Source: Myxococcota bacterium
GTDB taxonomy: Bacteria; Myxococcota_A; UBA796; CAJQPC01
NCBI GenBank assembly: GCA_036012755.1
Contig: DASCPX010000190.1
Location: 32,001 to 96,000, forward strand
Direction of reading: 5' to 3'
DNA length: 64,000 nucleotides
The notes below the pieces were generated by a model that worked only from the letters and a program-made list of their open reading frames with translations, made no database searches and was not told the origin of the DNA. This document shows positions 39,301 to 48,823 of this stretch, piece after piece. The stretch's first letter is position 1, and the number at the start of each line of letters is the position of its first letter. Position numbers and translations under genes: made by a program.

Positions 39301-39576
39301 CAGCCCCAGGTGCTTCATGGCGCAGATGGAGCGAGCACCCGCCAGCGAAGCGGCGTAGCAGAGCTCCACCGCGATCTTCTCGTTCACCGCGTACTCGAAG
39401 GGAATGCCGTAGTCCCCGGCGAGCCGGGCGAAGGCGTCGGTCACCTCTGAGGACGGGGTCCCCGGATAGCCGGTCGCGAAGCCGACGCCGGACTCCAGCG
39501 CCCCCCGCACGATGGCCTCGTTTCCCAACAACAGCGGGGTGGAGCCAGGCGAGTCTCGGAGCAGCGGGTGAGGCAC
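36367..39576 (-). CDS. iorA: Indolepyruvate oxidoreductase alpha subunit fused to GltD/DPD-like FeS-flavin NAD(P)H module
   Basis: LLGNEAIVRG, YPGTPSSE, NEK, MKHLGL, RPPVLCAACPH, DIGCY, GDGTFFH..LDN..AMTG; then SPC..CP..CRICDRPCE..C, GAGPAG, GGGNAG and a C-terminal ferredoxin CVGCGVCADFCP. Confidence 0.92.
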   Translation of the reverse strand: MPHPLLRDSPGSTPLLLGNEAIVRGALESGVGFATGYPGTPSSEVTDAFARLAGDYGIPFEYAVNEKIAVELCYAASLAGARSICAMKHLGLMVAGDPMSTIPYMGVEAGMVVVSAGDPSCLTSPNEQDQRHLGRMLHVPVLDPSTPAEALELSRLAFELSERSKLPVLLRITTRVAHCRAPVELGSLRRPKVRGFRRDPSRFIPIPAHARRLRVEVRERLEVARAISEQLFCREGEGRDAVLSAGVPSATTADLLAEQDIGDVVHARLPCVFPLPEQALLQLARDVDRVLVVEELSPFVEDALLALVSLHGVEVEILGKRSGHLPEEFEYVPAVIQGGLHAALGRGEPPKDPVTPEPVPLRPPVLCAACPHRSTFLAARSVFGDDHLAFNDIGCYTLGAAPPLGAGDALICMGAGFSLAAGVARVENKRTIGFMGDGTFFHAGMPPLLDAIKEDADVVAVILDNQVTAMTGFQESPGIDPLVPEDRKVDIAGVARALGARHVETFDPMDLQQAMAAFQRAKDASGTSVLVAESPCPVHMERATGQPVHGGTFAIDPARCSSCGRSGCGMECGHGPRQSTQRNMVRNRSLELERNIDALGVSPCAELCPLGLCIQGYASYIASGDYDLALELVMSRTALPDSVCRICDRPCEAACLRGDDPVAVNDLKHFLMDWAQGQPDYQPSVEDPHGAAVAVVGAGPAGLSAAHELRLRGYEVTLFDREAEPGGLLRTGIPRFRLPLEALERDIQRVLALGVRFEGGRELGVDLSLSDLLGEHDAVFIALGAYRPVELELPGSGPERAESLAFLRGGGEIEGEVVVIGGGNAGMDVARTALRRGADKVTVVELQPELTARFHEVEAAREEGVVMMPGRRSVGLCPEGLVLEGGQVLPCSLVVTAVGQQLQDFGQDLVMDDGCVSVDPNTGRTSHPHLFAAGDMVPGPRTVTQAMAEGQRAAWGIDVQLRGKEAADRRAPPPLSGAWTRLSELQLSGAEALPRGKVVDEASARAEAQRCMLCGSCGICRACVDTFGCPAFVVEAGVIAIDPAICVGCGVCADFCPNGAIFRVEDGAS

Positions 39577-39585
39577 TCCCTGGTG

Positions 39586-40770
<1,185 letters not shown>

Positions 40771-40795
40771 TTGGGACTCCGTGTCGAAGGTGTGC

Positions 40796-42820
40796 TCAGC
40801 CGGTCTTGGAGAAGTCGGGGCGCTTGCGGCCCAGGAAGCAGGTCACGCCCTCTGTCGCGGCGGCGGTGCAGGCGCTGTCACCGAAGGCGGCGTAGCCCAG
40901 CTCCAGGGCCTCATCGAGGGTGGGCGCGGCGGCGGCGGCGCTGATCGCCCTGCCGATGATGCCGATGACCTCTACGCTCAACAGCTGCTTGCCGGCCATG
41001 GGCTCGACGGCGGGCAGCTCGCCGAGCTCGACCGGGCCTTCCTGGATGCGCGGCAGGTCAGAGGCCAGCTCACCGACCCGGGCCGCGGCCAGCTGGACCA
41101 GCCCGAGGTAGTCGTCAGCGATGCCGTCGAGGATGCCCAGCTCCAGGGCGTTGTTGGCCTTCAGCCTCGTCGCGGTGCGCAGCATCTCGTTGAAGACGGA
41201 GGCTGCCTGCGGCCAGCGACGGTAGGGCACCACCATGCCGCCGATGCCGGGGGCGATGCCGAGGGTGATCTCGGGGAACTGGAGGAAGGCCCTCTTGGAG
41301 GCGACGATGCCGTGGCAGCGCAGCGCGAGCTCGAGTCCTCCTCCCAGGGCCATGCCGTTGAGCGCGGCGACGACGGGCTTGTCCATGCCGTCGAGGTGGC
41401 GCAGCAGGTGGCTGCAGTCCCGGGCGTACTGGACGGAGAGCTCCTTGTCGCCGAGGCACTTCGGGAAGCGCCCGATGTCCGCACCAGCGCAGAAGGCCTT
41501 TTCGCCGTAGCCGACGATGACGAAGCCCTTCACCGCGGGGTCGTTCTCGTGGGTCTTGATGGCGGCCAGGAGCTCGTTGGTGACTGTGTCGTCCAGGGCG
41601 TTCATGGCCTGGGGCCGACGCATGGTCAGCACCTTCACGTCGCCGAGATCATCCACCAGCACGTGCTGGGAGAACTCGGTGTACTCGGCCAGCGCTTTTT
41701 CGGGCCCCGGACCACCGGGGCGCTGCTCGGCGAAGCCGGCGTTGATCGCGGCCACGTCTTCGTCGCCCAGGCGAGCCATCAGGCCGAGGGGGCCCTGCTT
41801 GAAGCCCAACGCCAGGGTGCAGCCCAGCTCGAGGTCGGCCTGGGAGCCGATGCCCCGGTCGAGGATGTCGTAGCTCTGGGAGAACAGCGAGCCCAGGATG
41901 CGGGTGCGCACCATCGAGGTCGTCTCGTCGCTGACCTCGATCCGCTGCCCCGGCTTCAGGGTCACCCAGGTGTCGACGGAGCGGAAGAGGGAGGCCGGAC
42001 GGTAGTGCTCGCCCTCCTGCATCTGCAGGGTGTTGGTGTGCCAGATGATCGGGTTGCCCCGGGCCAGGTTCAGGACGAAGAAGGGCCCGGCGTGCACGTA
42101 GTCGTGGGCGACGCTGTCGACCTCCAGCGTGGTGGCGCCCTCGTCGAGGCAGAGCACCGCCTCGTTGCACCAGTTGTCGAAGACCCGGTCGAGCATGAAG
42201 CAGAGGGCGTCGTCCGTGATCAGCGGCACCTTTCCGGTGGTGGCGAAGAGCCAGCGCAGCCAGGAGACGACCTCCTCGTCGCCCTTGTCCCAGGCGATGA
42301 CCTCGACCGCCGGGTTGCGCCAGGCCGGAGCGAAGAAGTGGGTGACCGTCGTGCGGCCGGGGTGCTGCAGCTCGCAGAAGAGCTCGGAGGCCGGCAGCGA
42401 GCTGGTGTTGGAGGTGATGACGCAGTCCTGATCCACCACAGCCTCGATCATCGAGAAGATCTTGCGCTTGAGCGGGAGATCCTCCGTCGCGGCCTCGATG
42501 ACCCAGTCGCAACCTGCCATGTCGGCGTAGTCGGTGGTCGTCGTGATGTTCTGCTGGACCTCCTCTGCCTGCTCGGGGCTCATCTTGCGGCGGGCCACCC
42601 CCTTCGCGGCGTACTTGCCATAGCGGCCGACGGCGGCCTGCAGGGCCTGCTCGTTGATGTCCACGAGCACGAGCTCGAGGCCCGGGATGGCGCTCTTGAG
42701 GTAGTACCCGATGTCAGGGCCGATGGTCCCTGCACCCACGATGGCGACCCGCTTGGGCAGGGGCCGGGAGGGCTCGATGAGGAGGGGATTCAGAGGAAGG
42801 GCAGCTGTTCCAATGGCCAT
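40796..42820 (-). CDS. 3-hydroxyacyl-CoA dehydrogenase / enoyl-CoA hydratase fusion (IaaP-like)
   Basis: GAGTIG, EAATEDL, SNTSSL, HFFAP; then AFCAGADI, GGGLEL, FPEITLG. Confidence 0.93.
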   Translation of the reverse strand: MAIGTAALPLNPLLIEPSRPLPKRVAIVGAGTIGPDIGYYLKSAIPGLELVLVDINEQALQAAVGRYGKYAAKGVARRKMSPEQAEEVQQNITTTTDYADMAGCDWVIEAATEDLPLKRKIFSMIEAVVDQDCVITSNTSSLPASELFCELQHPGRTTVTHFFAPAWRNPAVEVIAWDKGDEEVVSWLRWLFATTGKVPLITDDALCFMLDRVFDNWCNEAVLCLDEGATTLEVDSVAHDYVHAGPFFVLNLARGNPIIWHTNTLQMQEGEHYRPASLFRSVDTWVTLKPGQRIEVSDETTSMVRTRILGSLFSQSYDILDRGIGSQADLELGCTLALGFKQGPLGLMARLGDEDVAAINAGFAEQRPGGPGPEKALAEYTEFSQHVLVDDLGDVKVLTMRRPQAMNALDDTVTNELLAAIKTHENDPAVKGFVIVGYGEKAFCAGADIGRFPKCLGDKELSVQYARDCSHLLRHLDGMDKPVVAALNGMALGGGLELALRCHGIVASKRAFLQFPEITLGIAPGIGGMVVPYRRWPQAASVFNEMLRTATRLKANNALELGILDGIADDYLGLVQLAAARVGELASDLPRIQEGPVELGELPAVEPMAGKQLLSVEVIGIIGRAISAAAAAPTLDEALELGYAAFGDSACTAAATEGVTCFLGRKRPDFSKTG

Positions 42821-43087
42821 GCGGGCACCTGTGCCTGAGGGGGGGGGCTGGAGGCTTATCCCTTGCGGCCGCTGTCGTCCCTGGGGCCGGATCAGGCTCC
42901 GGCGAGCACTTCCTCGAGCGTGGCCATCTCCTCCATCAGGGCACACGACGCCCGCAGCATGGGCAGGGCAGCGCCGCTGGCCTGCTCGTAGGGGCGGGTG
43001 TCGGTCATCGAAAGTTCTCGGCGTGTGAGCGATCGAGCTTGGCGGCGAACAAGCGCTGCCGTACCTTTCACGTGGCCCCTTCTTCGC

Positions 43088-43975
43088 ATGTTCGTCGCCC
43101 TGCTCGCCTGCACCCCCGATCCCGAGCCCCTCGAGGGGGACGACTCCGCTTCGATCGAGACTCCGGCGCGGGCGCTGTGGGTCTGGGACACCTCGATTCC
43201 AGGCGACGACACACCGACGACCGAGCTCCTCGACTTCGCTGCGGAGCACCACGTCACGACCCTGATCGTGCCCTGCGACCCGGTCGGCAACAGCAAGCCA
43301 GGTTCGGTGGAGGCCTACTCGAGCTTCGTCGGCTCCGCGCACGCAGCGGGTCTCGAGGTCCTCGCCATGAGCAGCCATGGATGGTTCACGGTCGCCTGCG
43401 GAGCCGATCTGCTCGGACAGCAAGCCTGCTGGGAGGACGGGTGGAGCGTCTACGAGGCCTGCACGAGCTCGGGGATCGGCTTCGACGGCGTCATGGACGC
43501 CTCCCAGCCCTACAGCATCGCCCCCAACCACTGGGAGAACTTCTTCCCACAGCGCGGCCGCTGGACCGTGCGCTACCTCCAGGGCATACGCACCCGCGTC
43601 GGTGATCTGCCCGTCTACCACTCCATGCCCGCCTGGTACGACGACCTCGAGCCCTTCTCGCTGAACGACGGCACAGAGGAGCTGACCCTGAATGCCTGGA
43701 TCGCCTTCAACGTCACCGCCACCGGCGTGATGTCCTACCGGGACGATCACGAGGAGGTGCTCGACATCGCCTCGGCGGAGCTGCAGAACGGATCAGCCTG
43801 GCTCGGTCTGGAGATCTGCGACTCCGGCGAGGGCGACAGCGTGGACTTCCATAAAGAGGGCGCAGCGGCGATGATCCAGGAAGCAGAGGCCATCGAGGCC
43901 GCGCTTGCCGAGGAGCCTCACTTCCTCGGTGTCATGCTGCACAGCTACGCCTGCTGGAAGGAGTCCGGACAATGA
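43088..43975 (+). CDS. Lipoprotein, possible glycoside-hydrolase-like TIM barrel
   Basis: MFVALLAC; ALWVWD, AHAAGLEV, FDGVMD..PY, MSYRD. Confidence 0.65.
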   Translation: MFVALLACTPDPEPLEGDDSASIETPARALWVWDTSIPGDDTPTTELLDFAAEHHVTTLIVPCDPVGNSKPGSVEAYSSFVGSAHAAGLEVLAMSSHGWFTVACGADLLGQQACWEDGWSVYEACTSSGIGFDGVMDASQPYSIAPNHWENFFPQRGRWTVRYLQGIRTRVGDLPVYHSMPAWYDDLEPFSLNDGTEELTLNAWIAFNVTATGVMSYRDDHEEVLDIASAELQNGSAWLGLEICDSGEGDSVDFHKEGAAAMIQEAEAIEAALAEEPHFLGVMLHSYACWKESGQ

Positions 43976-46254
43976 TCCTCGTCGCCCTGCTCGCCTGCAG
44001 GAACAAGGACTACATCGTCGACAGCGCCCCCCTCGAGGAGGCAGAGATCGACGACGACGGCGACGGCTTCCTCGTCGACGACGACTGCGACGACTCCAAC
44101 CCCGCCGTCCACCCTGACGCGGACGAGGTCTGCAACGGCATCGACGACGACTGTGACGATGACATCGACGAGGACGCCACCGACGCCACGAGCTGGTATG
44201 GCGACGCGGACTCCGACGGCTGGGGCGCCGGGGACCCCACCCTGGCCTGCGAGGCTCCCGACGGCCACGTCGATCAAGACGGGGACTGCGACGACGAGGA
44301 CGCGGCCTGGCACCCCGGCGCCGACGAGGACGACTGCAGCGACCCCAACGACTACAACTGCGACGGCTCGGTCGGCTACGCAGATGCCGACGGCGACGGC
44401 TGGGCGGCTTGTGAAGACTGCGACGACGGCGACGCTGCCGTGAACCCGGACGCCACAGAGGTCTGCGACGACATCGACAACGACTGCGACGGGGAGTGGG
44501 ACGAGGACGACGCCGCGGACGCGTCCACCTTCTACGCCGACGAAGACGGGGACGGCTACGGCGACCCCGACGCCACCACGGTGGCTTGCGACCAGCCCGA
44601 GAGCACCGTCGAGGACTCCACCGACTGCGACGACACCAGCGCCGACACCCACCCTGGCGCCGATGAATACTGCGACGGCGTCGACACCGACTGCGACGGC
44701 ACCCTCGACGAGGACGACGCCCTCGACGCCAACACCTGGTACGCCGACAGCGACTCCGATGGCTTCGGCGACGCGAGCACCTCCACCGTCACCTGCGATC
44801 AGCCCACCGGGATGGTCGAGGACGACACGGACTGCGACGACACCGACGCGGACGTCAACCCCGGCGCGACCGAGACCTGCAACGACAAGGACGACGACTG
44901 CGACGCCAGCATCGACGAGGGGGTGGAGACCACCTACTACGCCGACAGCGACAGCGATGGCTTCGGGGACGCCTCGACCACCGCCGACGACTGCAGTACA
45001 CCCTCCGGCTACGTCGAGGACGACACCGACTGCGACGACACCGACGCGGACGTGAACCCCGACGCCATCGAGCTCTGCGACGGGATCGACAACGACTGCG
45101 ACGGGGACACCGACCCCGACGACAGCTGGTGGGACGAGTCCTGGGACTACCGGGTCCCGGTGACCGTCACGGCGTCGAGCTACGACGTGGACGGGCCCCC
45201 TGTCCTGGTCGAGGTCGACTTCGCCGCCCACCTCTCCACCCTGGGCGACAGCGGCACCTTCTCAGAGGACTCCTTGCGCGTCGTGCTGCAGGACTGCAGC
45301 CTCGGCCTGCCGGAGCTGCCGAGCCAGTTCCTCGACGATATCGCAGGCTTGGAGGACGCCAGCGATCACTCCGACGCCTCCAGCGACGGCTACGGGACGG
45401 TCGCGTTCCTCTATGACGAGGACGGTGACCTCAGCTCCCTGGAGACCCTGGCGGGTGGTGACTCCTTCGACGTCGCGCTCTACTTCGGCACTCGCGGCTC
45501 CGCTACGAGCTACTCCACCAGCCTCTCCGCCTCCACGACGACACTGTCCAACTCACTGACATCGGTGGCCTTTTCGTCTTCTGAAGGTGGCCTGGTCGAC
45601 ACCCTCACGTATGGCGGCACGTCGGTGACGAGCCAGACCAACAGCTGCTGCGGCAACGGCATCTACTCCAACGCGACGTGGACCAACACGCCGATGTACG
45701 CCACGGGCACCAACGCCGTCGATGCTTCCGGGGACCTGCTGTCGCTTGTGAGCGCGACGGGGTCGCTCACCGACTACGACTACACCTACTGGTACTGGAT
45801 GTGGGCGGCCCGTCCGGAGCTCTGGGTGAAGACCGTCCACGAGGCCACCGGCAGCCTCTCGATGGACCACGCGACCTCCTGGACCAGCGGCGTCCGTCCC
45901 TGGGAGAGCCGGCAGGACAACATCAGCTCGGGCGCGACATTCACGAGCGATACGAGCGGGTTGTACGCTGACGTGACCAACAGCGGGGCCACCCTGGGGG
46001 TCTCCTTCGCCTACGTGATCGAGCCCGCCTACAGCATCGAGCTGTCCAACTACGACCCCTACATCATCTCGATCGGAAACGACTACAGCAGCTCCAGCGG
46101 AGGCTCCACGACGGCCGCGAGCGGCTCGGTGCTCATCGACCACCCGGTCATGGTGGTGATGCCCCACAGCGGCGCCTTCACCTCCAGCCAGGACGAGCTC
46201 TTCGGTCTCGTGGAAGGTGTGACCACCAGCGAGGGGAGCCCGGAGACGCCTTGA
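43972..46254 (+). CDS. Lipoprotein with six putative metal-binding (MopE-type, DCDD...P.A.E.C.G.D.DCDG) repeats and a C-terminal domain
   Basis: MILVALLAC; Asp/Cys repeats with WYxDxDxDGxG linkers; WWDESWDYRVPVTV (DUF2341-like start). Confidence 0.85.
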   Translation: MILVALLACRNKDYIVDSAPLEEAEIDDDGDGFLVDDDCDDSNPAVHPDADEVCNGIDDDCDDDIDEDATDATSWYGDADSDGWGAGDPTLACEAPDGHVDQDGDCDDEDAAWHPGADEDDCSDPNDYNCDGSVGYADADGDGWAACEDCDDGDAAVNPDATEVCDDIDNDCDGEWDEDDAADASTFYADEDGDGYGDPDATTVACDQPESTVEDSTDCDDTSADTHPGADEYCDGVDTDCDGTLDEDDALDANTWYADSDSDGFGDASTSTVTCDQPTGMVEDDTDCDDTDADVNPGATETCNDKDDDCDASIDEGVETTYYADSDSDGFGDASTTADDCSTPSGYVEDDTDCDDTDADVNPDAIELCDGIDNDCDGDTDPDDSWWDESWDYRVPVTVTASSYDVDGPPVLVEVDFAAHLSTLGDSGTFSEDSLRVVLQDCSLGLPELPSQFLDDIAGLEDASDHSDASSDGYGTVAFLYDEDGDLSSLETLAGGDSFDVALYFGTRGSATSYSTSLSASTTTLSNSLTSVAFSSSEGGLVDTLTYGGTSVTSQTNSCCGNGIYSNATWTNTPMYATGTNAVDASGDLLSLVSATGSLTDYDYTYWYWMWAARPELWVKTVHEATGSLSMDHATSWTSGVRPWESRQDNISSGATFTSDTSGLYADVTNSGATLGVSFAYVIEPAYSIELSNYDPYIISIGNDYSSSSGGSTTAASGSVLIDHPVMVVMPHSGAFTSSQDELFGLVEGVTTSEGSPETP

Positions 46255-46301
46255 TGCAGGATCCGGATGTTCGCGCCCCGCCGCTGAGATAGGTCACAGC
46301 C

Positions 46302-46658
46302 ATGGAAACAGACGAGATCTACGACCTGGTGGTCGACGCGGTTCGCCAGGGCATCCGAGAGGAAGCCGGCGGAAACGACACTCGCATCTCGCGGCGCATG
46401 CTCGAGGGCCGTGTCATCTTCGAAGATGGCGATGGTCGGGTCGTCAAGGAGGTGCAGGCAGAGGCGCTCTTCAAGAAGGTCACCGGTGTCCGCGAGAAGC
46501 TCCGCGTGCTCGAGCAGAAGATCAACAACAACAGCAGCTTGAGCGCCGCCGACAAGGCCGATCTCCAGGCCTACATCACGCGCTCATATGGCTCGCTGAC
46601 GACCTTCAACTTCCTCTTCCGCGAGGCAGGGGACAGCTTCAAGGGGACCGGCGGATGA
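46302..46658 (+). CDS. Conserved hypothetical protein
   Basis: VREKLRVLEQKIN..LQAYITRSYGSLTTFNFLF; good codon bias. Confidence 0.75.
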   Translation: METDEIYDLVVDAVRQGIREEAGGNDTRISRRMLEGRVIFEDGDGRVVKEVQAEALFKKVTGVREKLRVLEQKINNNSSLSAADKADLQAYITRSYGSLTTFNFLFREAGDSFKGTGG

Positions 46659-46727
46659 GCGAGATCGAGAGCTGGTGGAACGAACACTGAGGGCCGCGCG
46701 GGCTCGGGGCATGATCGAGGCAGGAAC

Positions 46728-47570
46728 ATGGCTCCCTTTCTGGTCCTGATCGCCTGCACCGACGAACCTCCGCCCGAGCTGGTGGTGGCCACCCAGAACG
46801 CTGGGACCACGCCCTATCTGGACCTCGTCGAGGAGTCCTCGCTGCGAAAGACCTGCGAGGACTCCTACGAGAACAACCTCTGCACCCTGCCGGCGGAGAT
46901 GGCGCTCGCGGATGCCCTCGCCGACGATCCGCCGGATGTCCTCTTCCTCCAGGAGATCTGGCACCCCGAGTGGTGCGAGGGACTCGACGCAGACGCGATG
47001 GTCGAGCCCTTCGCTTGCGCCGGAGAGGGGCACCCGCTGGACCGGGTCCTGCCACCCGGCATGACCTGGCAGTGTTCCCCCGCCTACCCGGACAACTGCA
47101 TCGCCACGAGCGACCGCTTCGACGCCGACACCTGGACCGACCTGGGCGCGGACTGCAGCGGCCCTGGCCGCACGGCCTTGTTCACCGGGCTGCTGGACGA
47201 GGTGCCCACGACGCTGGTGGTCGTCCACACCAACGCCGGCTTCGGCCAGGACGACGTCGACTGCCGCGTCGAGGAGTTCGCCGACATCGAGGAACACCTC
47301 GTGGGCCTCGACGACGTCCTGATCCTCGGCGGAGACGTGAACCACGACCCGAGCGTGGATCGAGAGGACAGCGCTGCCTTCGCCCAGCTCCTGGACGCTG
47401 CCGGCATGATCCGCCTCGAAGACGACGGGCCCACGGCGCGGCTCCTGGACCAGGACCTCGACGTGGTCGCCACGCGCCACGCCCTGCCCTACGGCGACTG
47501 CACCGTCGTCTTCGTCGACGCGGGCACCAGCCCCCTGATGTTCGACCACGGCCTGCTGACCTGCCGGTGA
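46728..47570 (+). CDS. Endonuclease/exonuclease/phosphatase-family lipoprotein
   Basis: VATQN, PDVLFLQE, VVH, GGDVN, LDVV, FDH. Confidence 0.8.
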   Translation: MAPFLVLIACTDEPPPELVVATQNAGTTPYLDLVEESSLRKTCEDSYENNLCTLPAEMALADALADDPPDVLFLQEIWHPEWCEGLDADAMVEPFACAGEGHPLDRVLPPGMTWQCSPAYPDNCIATSDRFDADTWTDLGADCSGPGRTALFTGLLDEVPTTLVVVHTNAGFGQDDVDCRVEEFADIEEHLVGLDDVLILGGDVNHDPSVDREDSAAFAQLLDAAGMIRLEDDGPTARLLDQDLDVVATRHALPYGDCTVVFVDAGTSPLMFDHGLLTCR

Positions 47571-47571
47571 C

Positions 47572-48045
47572 TCACTCCACCCGGACGATGTAGGCCAGGG
47601 CGTACCAGGGCGGGGCGACATCGGTGATCTCCACCGCCTCCAGCGGGTTCTCCTCCGAGGTGCAGCCGTTGCAGCGCAGCACCGAGGTGGTCTCCACGCT
47701 GACGGTCGCGCCCCCCTCCCCCGAAGAGCCGACGAGGGCGTCCTCGTCCGCCCCGACCACGAAGCGACCGGTCAGATCCGGCGTGTCGTCCTCGCCGTCG
47801 CACAGCGCCCACCCGTCCGGGATCTCGTCGAGCTCGCCCGACCACATCAGGACCACTCCGACCGGGAGCGACGCGTCGCCATCATGTTCGTGGTCCGGGA
47901 CGGTGTCGTGATCGTGGTCTGGCACCTCGTGGTCGGGGACGTCGTCGTGATCGTGGTCAGGAGCACTCTCGTGCTCGTGATCCGCCGCAGCCCAGTCGCT
48001 GTCCGTGTCCTTGTCTCCGCAAGCCAGCAGCATGAAGAACGTCAT
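47572..48045 (-). CDS. Lipoprotein with His/Asp repeats and a phage tail-collar-like domain
   Basis: MTFFMLLAC; PDHDHD repeats; PVGVVLMWSG..IPDGWALCDG..TPDLTGRFVVGA..PPWYALAYI. Confidence 0.8.
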   Translation of the reverse strand: MTFFMLLACGDKDTDSDWAAADHEHESAPDHDHDDVPDHEVPDHDHDTVPDHEHDGDASLPVGVVLMWSGELDEIPDGWALCDGEDDTPDLTGRFVVGADEDALVGSSGEGGATVSVETTSVLRCNGCTSEENPLEAVEITDVAPPWYALAYIVRVE

Positions 48046-48073
48046 TCCTTTCACCTTGATTCGAGTGCGCATC

Positions 48074-48103
48074 TTGACATGCCAAGGCCCGCCTGGGCAT
48101 TGT
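48074..48103 (+). promoter_or_regulatory. Putative sigma70 promoter with a dyad in the spacer
   Basis: TTGACA(48074)-18 bp-CATTGT; ATGCCAAGGC-CC-GCCTGGGCAT (9/10 inverted repeat, 48079-48100). Confidence 0.5.
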
Positions 48104-48118
48104 TGTGTTGGAGGCAGC

Positions 48119-48343
48119 ATGAAGCTGGAAGATCTGTCGATCGGCGACTTGAAGACCCTTCAGAACGCGGCCACCGGCCTCTCCGGCGTGGACCGCGAGC
48201 GGCTGCGCCAGAGAGGAGCCGGGCAGTGGAGCCAGGTCTTCCACAAGCCCCTGCCGCTGGACGACGACGGCACCCTGCCCGAGGACGAGGGCTACCAGCG
48301 TGAGTACGTGCGGCTGGACTTCGAGGAGAGCCAAGCCAGCTGA
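48119..48343 (+). CDS. Small hypothetical protein (74 aa)
   Basis: GGAGG SD plus ATG, upstream promoter, typical codon bias. Confidence 0.65.
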   Translation: MKLEDLSIGDLKTLQNAATGLSGVDRERLRQRGAGQWSQVFHKPLPLDDDGTLPEDEGYQREYVRLDFEESQAS

Positions 48344-48428
48344 CCGATCGGGGGGCGCTGAGGGGGACGACGGCGTCATGGCCGCAGATCGCACCGCGCT
48401 CGCGGGCGTGCAGAATCGTGGACCCTGA

Positions 48429-48557
48429 GGCGCACCCCCCTCCGGCCCCATCTCGGGGCCCAAGGAGCCAAAGCGTATCCTTGGCAACCGAGAACCCCGG
48501 GGTTCTCGAGGCTCAACGATACGTTTTGGATCCTTGAGGCCAGAGGGGGGGTGCGCC
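48429..48557. repeat. About 130-bp imperfect palindrome (REP/MITE-like)
   Basis: Perfect centre CGAGAACCCCGGGGTTCTCG (48489-48508); arms GGCGCACCCCCC..CAAGGAGCCAAAGCGTATC pair with GATACGTTTTGGATCCTTG..GGGGGGTGCGCC. Confidence 0.85.
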
Positions 48558-48596
48558 GCTCGACGGCGACGACGCGCAAGAAACGCGGAGGTCGCG

Positions 48597-48823
48597 CTAC
48601 TCGACGGGTGGCTCCACCGGCTCGTCGAAGAGCGCCAACAGCTCGGTGGCGCGGGTGCGGACGACCGCCAGCTCGTCGTTTTCGGCCAGCCAGGTCAAGG
48701 CGCCCGCCGGGTCGGGGTGGGCCATCAGCAGGCTGCGGATCGGGGCAACCTCCGGGGGCACCTCCGTCAGGGCGGGCGTGCTGGTGACGGGCGTCCGGTG
48801 CAGACGAGCAACAAGAGGGTCAT
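48597..48823 (-). pseudogene. Probable frameshifted small lipoprotein remnant
   Basis: ATGA-coupled MTLLLLVC start terminates after 18 codons; another frame carries protein-like HPDPAGALTWLAENDELAVVRTRATELL. Confidence 0.4.

Noticed and set aside
44050..45120. DNA-level repeats as a mobile element or DGR
   Set aside because: Explained by protein-coding MopE-type Asp/Cys repeats; no reverse transcriptase present
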